Source: Gemmatimonadota bacterium (GTDB lineage: Bacteria > Gemmatimonadota > Gemmatimonadetes > Gemmatimonadales > GWC2-71-9). Taken from it: 16,005 nucleotides of DNA. The translations under genes and the position numbers were made by a program. Location: the NCBI GenBank assembly GCA_036679605.1, contig JAZDCZ010000169.1, forward strand, positions 1 to 16,005, in the 5' to 3' direction. Shown piece after piece: positions 1-7,200 of the stretch. The notes under the pieces are model-generated. The model was not told the origin of the DNA. It did no database searches and saw nothing but the letters and a program-made list of their open reading frames with translations. Position 1 is the first letter of the stretch. Each line of letters opens with the position of its first letter.

Positions 1-113
1 CGAAGCCATGATGGCCCTGGCCGCCCTCCACGACAGCGGCCTGTGGAACCAACGCTGGACAAACCTAGAACCACAAAGAAATTAGATCCGCCATAGAATC
101 TGGCCAGACACGC
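1..113 (+). mobile_element. 3' end of a probable ISKra4/UPF0236-like transposase gene (frame 2, stop at 83-85) plus putative right end of the element
   Basis: Positions 2-85 translate to EAMMALAALHDSGLWNQRWTNLEPQRN*, resembling the AEAMLAL...SGLW..YW C-terminus of ISKra4/UPF0236-type transposases. It is followed by GAATCTGGCCAGACACGC, a possible terminal IR. Only 27 codons are visible. Confidence 0.5.
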
Positions 114-120
114 GTCACCC

Positions 121-149
121 TTGACGACGACGCCATTCGATCTAAAACT
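121..149 (+). promoter_or_regulatory. Possible sigma70-type promoter of the tRNA
   Basis: TTGACG (121-126), 16-17 nt spacer, TAAAACT (143-149), ~20 nt before the tRNA 5' end. The -10 match is imperfect. Confidence 0.35.
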
Positions 150-167
150 GAGACTGCACAACACTTT

Positions 168-250
168 GCCGAAGTGGCGGAATGGCAGACGCGCTGGATT
201 CAAAATCCAGTGCCCGCAAGGGCGTGTGGGTTCGAGTCCCACCTTCGGTA
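168..250 (+). tRNA. tRNA-Leu(CAA), CCA end not encoded
   Basis: Acceptor GCCGAAG/CTTCGGT with discriminator A250; D-loop GGAATGGCAGAC; anticodon arm CTGGA-TT-CAA-AA-TCCAG (CAA 201-203); long variable arm GCCC-GCAA-GGGC; T-arm GTGGG-TTCGAGT-CCCAC. Confidence 0.97.
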
Positions 251-307
251 CTCCCGTTTTCTGCAACAGGTTGCGTCGATTGGCCACAGTTGCCTTCCTC
301 GTTCCTG

Positions 308-335
308 AACACGTCAACACTCAACAAACACTCAA
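308..335. repeat. Short direct repeats, candidate integrase arm-type sites
   Basis: AACACTCAA at 316-324 and 327-335 (11-bp period) plus the variant AACACGTCAA at 308-317, between the tRNA and the integrase stop. Confidence 0.5.
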
Positions 336-342
336 TAGCCGA

Positions 343-1455
343 TCAAGCAGTCCCTGACTGGTCAACAGGTGGAACGAACAGTTTCTGCACGGCTGGCTTG
401 AGTTGCCGGGCCATGTTGATGTAGCGCTGCGTGGTCTGATAGTCGCGATGCTGCATTAGCGTTTGGAGCACGTCGGGCGTCAGTATGTCCGCATTCATGG
501 TGGCGAACGCCCGCCGGAGGTCGTGGAAGCCATAATGGTCGCGCTCGCCGGGCAGCACAAGGCAAGCCGCGTTCTGAATTGCCAGGAACTCCGCAAATAT
601 CGCCCGCCGGTTGTGGGGCCAGGGAAACACTACCGGGCTAAAGCTCTTTAGCTTGGCCAAGTGGTCGATTACCACCGGGTGCAGCGGGATAAATTGATCC
701 CGCTTCCCCTTGTTGTCCTTCGCGCGCGAGAGTGCATAACCTTTTTCCAGGTTCACATCCTTCCAACGCAGCGCGAGAATCGAGCCAATTCGCCAGCCGG
801 TCATGTAGGCCATCATGAGCAATCCCTGCCACCACTCAACCGGCGAGTACGGCTGGTCGTCCGGCCAGCGAGCGAACAAGCACCCCTTCCCGTAAATCAC
901 GGCGAAATGCTCGGGAGTCACGTACGTAGGGTGCCGGCCGAATTCGCGCAAGAACTCGATTTCGGGCATTTGTCGCAAGTAGCCCCATCGAACTGCCTTG
1001 CGAAGCACGGATCGGATTGCCCGAAGCTCCTTGTTGACCGTAGCCGGCGAAACCGGCCCCGACCCTTTCCGTTTGTTCTTGCCCTCGCGACGCCGCTTTG
1101 CCACATAGTCGGCTATAGCCGATGCCGTAATTCCCCGCATCCGCTGCGGCTTGACAATCCTCTCGAAATGCTTGATCGCAATTTCCTGCTGCACGCGCGT
1201 CGCGGCTTCCATACCGCTGAGCACCTTCATTTCGTAGTCACGCCGAAATTCACTCCACAGTTTCCGATTCTCGTTCTCATAAATGCCCGCCGCTAGTTGG
1301 CCTTCGATCCGGCGAGCGAATTTCTGCGCACGACTCTTGCTGCCGATTCGTTTTGACCGGCGCTTGCCGTCCGGATCGATCCAGCCGACCGACCAGGGGC
1401 ACTTGTCCCCCAGCTTCTTCTTCTGCTTGTGGTCTTGAAATAACCAGGCCTTCAT
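343..1455 (-). CDS. int: Tyrosine recombinase/phage-type integrase (370 aa)
   Basis: Catalytic motifs TGWRIGS (R), KDNKGK (K), FHDLRR (HxxR), LMQH (H), TTQRY (Y), and a SPATVNKELRAIRS SAM-like segment. ATG at 1455 has a GGAGGTGG SD and is preferred over the ORF-track start at 1485. Confidence 0.95.
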   Translation of the reverse strand: MKAWLFQDHKQKKKLGDKCPWSVGWIDPDGKRRSKRIGSKSRAQKFARRIEGQLAAGIYENENRKLWSEFRRDYEMKVLSGMEAATRVQQEIAIKHFERIVKPQRMRGITASAIADYVAKRRREGKNKRKGSGPVSPATVNKELRAIRSVLRKAVRWGYLRQMPEIEFLREFGRHPTYVTPEHFAVIYGKGCLFARWPDDQPYSPVEWWQGLLMMAYMTGWRIGSILALRWKDVNLEKGYALSRAKDNKGKRDQFIPLHPVVIDHLAKLKSFSPVVFPWPHNRRAIFAEFLAIQNAACLVLPGERDHYGFHDLRRAFATMNADILTPDVLQTLMQHRDYQTTQRYINMARQLKPAVQKLFVPPVDQSGTA

Positions 1456-1530
1456 ATCCCACCTCCCCGCTACAAGTTGTGACAATGAACAAGGACGTGT
1501 CCCAACCGTAGCGCGAGCGCAATCATGCCG

Positions 1531-1797
1531 TCAAAGTCCTCTCTGTCGACGTAAATAGCCCAGAAGCTCTTGTCGCTCGTACAAGATGCGCTTGCCGACG
1601 CGGCTGCCAGTAAGTTCCCCGCGCAGCCGCGCATCGCGCAGCACATGGCGCTCGATGCCGAGCAGTGCTGCTGCTTCGGCCTCGGTATAGGCCAGCTTGT
1701 CGCGCCGCACTTCTTGCTCGCCTTGCAGGCGGTCCAGCACTGTGGCGACAATCCGCTCGATGAGCGGCCGCAGAACTGCATCGTCAAAAGAGATCAC
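1531..1797 (-). CDS. Excisionase-like helix-turn-helix DNA-binding protein
   Basis: LAYTEAEAAALLGIERHVLRDARLRGEL...RVGKRILY fits the HTH_17/Xis pattern. It lies immediately upstream of and co-oriented with the integrase; GTG start with weak GGTG SD. Confidence 0.85.
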   Translation of the reverse strand: MISFDDAVLRPLIERIVATVLDRLQGEQEVRRDKLAYTEAEAAALLGIERHVLRDARLRGELTGSRVGKRILYERQELLGYLRRQRGL

Positions 1798-1809
1798 CGC
1801 GACACCAAT

Positions 1810-1839
1810 AAAAAACGGAGCCCTAGCGGGGGGCTCCGT
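1810..1839 (-). terminator. Intrinsic terminator-like hairpin in the xis-int leader
   Basis: 9-bp stem ACGGAGCCC (1815-1823)/GGGCTCCGT (1831-1839), 7-nt loop, followed on the minus strand by a T run (A 1810-1815), ending 12 nt before the xis GTG. Confidence 0.7.
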
Positions 1840-1857
1840 GTCGTCGGTTCAGTAGTG

Positions 1858-1885
1858 AGTTTAGAGCGCGACCTGCGAGAATCAA
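1858..1885 (-). promoter_or_regulatory. Candidate promoter for xis-int
   Basis: Minus strand TTGATT (1885-1880)-N16-TAAACT (1863-1858); predicted start ~1851. Confidence 0.45.
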
Positions 1886-1903
1886 GTCCCGCGAGAAAAA
1901 TAT

Positions 1904-1932
1904 TTGCAGGAACTTCGCCGAGTCGCTATCTT
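1904..1932 (+). promoter_or_regulatory. Candidate sigma70-type promoter divergent from xis
   Basis: TTGCAG (1904-1909)-N17-TATCTT (1927-1932) with AT-rich AAAAATAT upstream; no convincing ORF follows. Confidence 0.5.
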
Positions 1933-1938
1933 CAACGT

Positions 1939-2073
1939 TACACATGACTGCCGATTAGCCACGGTACCCGCCTCACGATGGCGGGGACTCCGTGCTCGTC
2001 GGTTTATGCCAGAGTCCTGCTTGATCAAGCGAGTGATATGGCAGAAACAGGTGGTCATTGTGCGTAGCTTGAG
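1939..2073 (+). ncRNA. Candidate structured small RNA (three-way junction)
   Basis: Closing stem CACATGAC (1941-1948)/GTCATTGTG (2054-2062). Long hairpin GCCGA..CACGG..CCCGCC-TCACGAT-GGCGGG..CCGTG..TCGGT (1950-2003). Second hairpin TGCCA (2007-2011)/TGGCA (2039-2043) encloses palindrome GCTTGATCAAGC. The wobble pairs are G-U on the + strand. Confidence 0.45.
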
Positions 2074-2189
2074 AGGTGTCACGTGGACTGCCCCATCAAG
2101 TACCGGCGTTTCCGAACCAAGGCCGTCCGTCGTCGTCGTACGCGTCGCCGCGCACGACAATGGCTCCGGGCCCTTAAGTTCCCAACGCC
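1959..2189 (+). repeat. Direct repeat copy 1 (partner at 12667-12842)
   Basis: 1959-2073 is identical to 12667-12781 (115 bp); 2130-2189 matches 12783-12842 at 57/60; 2074-2129 is missing from copy 2. Confidence 0.97.
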
Positions 2190-2221
2190 CGTCCGCCTGC
2201 GGTAACGTTGGCGGACAAGAC

Positions 2222-2262
2222 AATGCCCGCGGTGCCTTCCCAGGCCTCGCGGGCATTCGTTT
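2222..2262. terminator. Strong hairpin, possible bidirectional terminator
   Basis: AATGCCCGCG (2222-2231)/CGCGGGCATT (2248-2257) with inner GCCT/AGGC. T tails are weak on both sides. Confidence 0.35.
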
Positions 2263-2347
2263 ATCCGTTCCAAGGCCGACGGCGACCCTCAACGAAGTTG
2301 CCAGCAAGAACTAAGACCGCGGTCCGCTGCTCCGCAGACGCGTGCGG

Positions 2348-2581
2348 TCAGAGATGAACACGATCGACGACTGCCCACCGAACCATGCTCACAAGCAGGC
2401 CAGCCGTCAGTGAAGCCAGCGTCAAGTAAAGAAAACCGCCCACGGTTGGTCCGCGTGACGCGCCGGTTGTGAGCCATGTCCGAGGCGTCTTCAAATACGC
2501 TGCGACGCCCAGCAATGCGACGAACCCAGGCACTAAGTATGCCACGAGCAGGCCGAAGTCGCCGGCAGTGACGTCGCTCAC
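2348..2581 (-). pseudogene. Small membrane protein, probably truncated
   Basis: MSDVTAGDFGLLVAYLVPGF...PTVGGFLYLTLASLTAGLLVSMVRWAVVD has two hydrophobic segments and a paralogous remnant at 12361-12468. Truncation is inferred from recollection of longer planctomycete homologs. Confidence 0.6.
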
Positions 2582-2847
2582 ACGCCGGCAGCACTAAGGC
2601 GGATGAACTCGTTCGTGCTTCGGCAGTGACCGTCTTGAGAGCCGGTTGTCGTCATTTCGACCGAACTTGGCGTTGCCCTCAAATCCTTTGCTCTGCGTGG
2701 CGGGTGCATGTCCCGGTTGTTGATTCCCCAAATAGGCCCCGGCCCTTGCCGGCTCGAGGTCACAATGCGCCCGGTTGGACTGCTATCGTGAACATACCAC
2801 ATTTCAAATGAGCCAACGCTCTTCGATCGTCGATAAGCCTTCGCACG

Positions 2848-3630
2848 GTGACTAGACCGATGGCCGTTCCGAATCTTGGGAAGGTTAAGGGATTTAAACC
2901 GTTCTGTACGGTCGATGTGCTCAATCACCCGGAGGGCGTCCGCGAAAAATCAGAGCCTTGTTACACCGTCGTCGTGCATCATCGGACAAAGTCTTGGGCA
3001 CCCTGGAGACCTCGATCCGTGGAGGATGTCCCTCCACTTCCGGACGACGGCGGCCTCTATCGCCGATGCCGTAGTTTCGGCGAAGCGCTGAGCATAGCAA
3101 GACGCTTGAACTCTCAGTGGCTGGGCAGTGCATCGGAGCCAGGCCCCGGTCAATGGGCCATTGTGGCGAGCGTTGAAGGCGTAACCCCAAAAAACACTGC
3201 CACCCTGAGATGTGTTACCCCACTCGCCTATCGCTCTCGAGAAATTCGCGTCAAACCACAATGGACCCCGACGCATCTTCTGGAGAATCCACTATGCCCG
3301 TGGAAGGCCGAGTTTTCGTCGGAAAGCCATTTAGCGGGTTACGATACGTTTGAAATCGCGGTGCACGAAGTCGTTAGGCGCAACCGTTTGAAATGCCCGG
3401 GAGGGCCAATCGCGGTCGACTCTTGGCACATCCTAATCGCACTTGAAAGCCATGCTCTCTCCGAGCGATTGGAGTATCGATGTTGGAATCCAAATGTGGG
3501 AGTGATGTCCCTCGAATCATCTCGTCGATTTCACATTTTCGATCGAGCAAGCTGGCCAGTGCCTGACTGTATGAATTTGGATCTTGACGGGCCAAGTTCA
3601 CTGACTAAAGTCGTAGATTCGAGTACGTGA
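2848..3630 (+). CDS. Hypothetical protein with an internal two-fold repeat (alternative start ATG 2860)
   Basis: 260-codon ORF. WRP..VEDVP...SFGEA...RRLN...WAIVASVE recurs as WTP..LLENP...TFEIA...RRN...WHILIALE. Confidence 0.75.
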   Translation: MTRPMAVPNLGKVKGFKPFCTVDVLNHPEGVREKSEPCYTVVVHHRTKSWAPWRPRSVEDVPPLPDDGGLYRRCRSFGEALSIARRLNSQWLGSASEPGPGQWAIVASVEGVTPKNTATLRCVTPLAYRSREIRVKPQWTPTHLLENPLCPWKAEFSSESHLAGYDTFEIAVHEVVRRNRLKCPGGPIAVDSWHILIALESHALSERLEYRCWNPNVGVMSLESSRRFHIFDRASWPVPDCMNLDLDGPSSLTKVVDSST

Positions 3631-3763
3631 CCAGACGGATTGACGGTCAACCGGCGGCGCTGACGCTGTTGATCGCAACGTCGTCGGCTGATCGCGGTGT
3701 TGGATCGCCTCAATGTTCATCGCTCGACCAACACCAGAGCTGCCCGCAACGCCTTGGCGTTGC

Positions 3764-4075
3764 CTAATCTTCCGAAGCAGGGTCGAGCCAGAGCGAGATT
3801 GCCAAGCTGCGGAGCGACCGCATAATCCTCTCTTTCTTGCAAGCATCCTTTGCCGCAGCCTTGTCTTCGATCATGGCCAACTCCGACAGAAGTCCAGTAA
3901 CTCTATGCACGACTTGACTTCGTCGTTCCGGGGATCGGGCGCGTTGGTACCCTGGCGCGCTACCGTTGCTGCGCGGCAACTCTAAGTACGATCGCTGATT
4001 CATTAGTTCTTGGCCATGTTCGGGTTTCTCAGCGGACTTCGGACAAAGCAATTGCCACAGGTAGTGAATCAACAA
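3764..4075 (-). CDS. Possible small hypothetical protein (start uncertain)
   Basis: Longest ORF in the gap, with a helical-looking C-terminal half. No recognisable motif or clear SD. Confidence 0.25.
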   Translation of the reverse strand: MLIHYLWQLLCPKSAEKPEHGQELMNQRSYLELPRSNGSAPGYQRARSPERRSQVVHRVTGLLSELAMIEDKAAAKDACKKERIMRSLRSLAISLWLDPASED

Positions 4076-4217
4076 TTCGCGGCGCAGCCCGCCAAACGAA
4101 GGGACGACTCCAGAATTTTCTTATTCGCGTGACTTTTATCGGCCCGTTGGTTATCGTCACAGGCAGTGACGGGAGTGCGCTGATGAGGTAGCCTGCTTCG
4201 CGCGAGCACAGAGGCTG

Positions 4218-7200
4218 ATGGGTCTGCGAATGAGAATCACACCCGACATGAACTATTTTCAGCCCCTCGACGGGAACCTCGTTCCCGCCGACGCTACACG
4301 GATGCAGTTAGAGCATGCGGTTAAGGTGTTGCGGGAAATCGATGGTGTATGTACGGACTTCGAGGATCGCTTGCGGCACGGAGGCAGTCCCGACATCGTT
4401 GAACTCACTAGCATCGCGAGTTCGGACGTGCGCCTGAAGCTGCTCCGAGAACTCCTCGCAATCGAGATGGAGTTTCGTGCAAAGCGCGGTGACACGCCCT
4501 CGCTAGACGAATACCGAAGGCGGTTTCCCGATCACAGCCGGCTAACAAAGTTTCTCTATTTTGGACACTTCATTCCGGCTCGAATTGGAGAGTTCCCGAT
4601 TCAGCGGCTGCTCGGGCGCGGTAGTTTCGGCCATGTATATCGAGGCTGGGATTCAAGGCTTTCACGGGATGTAGCCATCAAGGTGTTTCGTCGCGACCCC
4701 GAACATCCGCCTTCTAGCACAAACCTGCTGCTCGAAGCGAGGGCCGCAGCACGGCTGAATCACCCCGGGGTGGTAGCGGTCTATTCGGTGTCAAGGGACG
4801 CGGACGGCGACGAGTTCCTAGTCCTAGAATACGTTGAAGGCTGTTCCCTTGAGGATATGCTCCGTGCGAAATCGTTCACGCCAAACGAATCGGCCAGTCT
4901 GTTGTTGACAGTCGTGCAAGCGCTCCAGCATGCGCACGGGCATGGACTCGTCCATCGGGACCTGAAGCCGGCCAACATCCTGTTGGACCACGTTCAACGT
5001 CCAAGAGTGACCGACTTCGGGTTGGCATTGAGCCTCTCCGAGGTGCGACGCTTGCCGGCAATCGCCGGAACTCTCTCGTACATGGCTCCCGAACAGGCCA
5101 ATGGGGAAACACATCGACTGGATGCCCGGACGGATCTGTGGGCGGTGGGTGTTGTGCTCTATCGGATGCTTTCCGGCTGCCTGCCGTTTTCAGGCCGAAG
5201 CAACGACGAGTTGTTGAACAACGTCCGTCACGCCGAACCAATAGACCTGCTCGAACATGACCCTACGATACCATTGGAGCTGGCGCGCATCGTATGCCGG
5301 TGTTTGACAAAGCAGATGAGTGAACGATACCAGTCCGCCGGAGAGCTGGCTGATGATTTGAATTCTTTTCTGCCACCAACGGATGGTCGCAGTCTCGATC
5401 AAGAATCACCTGGCGAACTAGCCGACAAGTCACTGCGACACGAGATTATCGTCGTTCCGAAGGGTCTTCGTCACTATGACGCTTGTGATCGAGAATTCTT
5501 CCTTTCGCTAGTGCCTGGTCCACGTGACCGACATGGCATTCCTCAAGCCGTACGGTTTTGGGTGCAGCGCCTTCGCGAGGTCGAGCCGCATCAGACATTC
5601 CGCGTCGGTTTGCTATGTGGGCCAAGCGGTTGCGGCAAGTCGTCTCTTATACGCGCGGGAATCCTGCCTAGCTTGCCCGGCAATGTTCGGCACATCGTGA
5701 TTGAGGCCACGCGTAATGAAACGGAGTTGAGGCTGGCCCGGGAGCTTCACCGGCATTTTCCCGAACTTTCGTTCGGTCTGGCGTTGACCGAGATGGTCGG
5801 AGAATTGCGGGAAGGTAGTTTACTGCAGCCCGGTGAGAAACTGGTGATCGTCATTGACCAGTTTGAGCAATGGTTGCACGGACGGCAGAATGACGCCACC
5901 GCCGAACTTGCCGAAGCGTTTCGACAGTGCGATGGCGGGCGAATGCAGGGGCTTGTGCTCGTGCGGGATGAGTTTTGGATGCAGGCAAGTCGCTTTTTTC
6001 GACGTTTAGACGTTCCACTCGTCGAAGGTTTCAATAGCGCCCCCGTGGATCTTTTTGATCACGCCCATGCCAAGAAAGTGCTGGTCGCCTTCGGAGTGGC
6101 TCACGGACGCCTGGAAGGCGAGGGTTCAAAGCGAACGCCCGAGCAAGAGCGGTTTATTGAAACGGCGATCGCTGAACTATCTGAGGGTGGTTGGATTGTC
6201 CCGGTGCGCTTGTGCGTTTTCACCGAAATGGTCAAGGCACGCACTTGGTCTGCTGTGACACTTCGCGAGCTTGGCAAACCACAAGATTGGGGTTCTGCAT
6301 TCTTGCACGAAGCCTTTGATGGAAAGTCGGCCGCCCCAATGCACCGGATTCATCGCAAAGGCGCCCGTGGCGTATTAGAGCGGCTGTTACCGCCGCCGGG
6401 AACCGATATTCGTGGGCACTCGGTTCCCGAATCCGATTTACGGAGTGCCTCGGGGTACGAGAATCACTCGGCTGAGTTCGCGACTCTAATGCGCTGCCTT
6501 GACCATGACCTACGACTCATTACTCCTTCGGAAAGCGAGCCTGCTGCTACTGTTGACGACCCTGATGCACGGAATGGTGAAGCACACGACTGCCTTTACC
6601 AACTAACCCATGATTCTCTTGTCGGAGCGATTCGCGGATGGCTGAATCAGTTTCGCCGGCGAACCTTCCGGGGGCGCGCTGAGTTGCGTCTCGCAGAATC
6701 GGCGGCCGACTTTGATGCACGACCGGGGGCTCGTCAACTTCCGTCCTTGCGTGAATGGCTAACATTCTTCGTCCTGACACGGCGGCGCAGATGGCGAATC
6801 GCTGAACGGCGAATGATGCACACTGCCGGGCATCGCCATATCGTGCGTTTGGGACTCGCGATCGTCGCGATTCTCATTTTGTCGGCTTTAGTCTACGACC
6901 GCATGGTCTCGATCCATGTGGACGGCCTTGTTCAAACATTGGTGACAAGCGGCAGCAGGGACGTGCCGGACGCAACAAGATCGCTGGAGAGTTATCGCCA
7001 TCGAGTAGGTCCAATCTTGCGGAAACGACTTGCTGTTAGCAACGGTCAGGGTCAACGAGTGCGGATATTGTTGGGAATGGTGGCCGTTGGCGATCCCCAA
7101 AGCGAAGAACTCTTCACCCACCTGATTGACTGCGAACCGCCCCTAGCAGCCTCGATCACCGACGTTCTAAGACACTTTGATCGACTTGAAGATCTACGCC

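Noticed and set aside
121..424. ORFs overlapping the tRNA (121-357, 142-327, 182-424)
   Set aside because: Shadow translations of the tRNA and att region.
661..1296. 211-aa plus-strand ORF
   Set aside because: Antisense to the integrase, no motifs; typical GC-rich shadow ORF.
1882..2314. ORFs across the repeat (1882-2307 minus, 1904-2314 plus, and 12714-13004), and an HGTRLTMAGTP reading resembling an integrase motif
   Set aside because: No SD or domain signal, the two copies diverge in frame after the indel, and the motif match is too short.
4129..4171. GTGAC/GTCAC inverted motifs upstream of the kinase as an ECF promoter or operator
   Set aside because: Only 5-6 bp arms and no matching motif seen upstream of the sigma gene.
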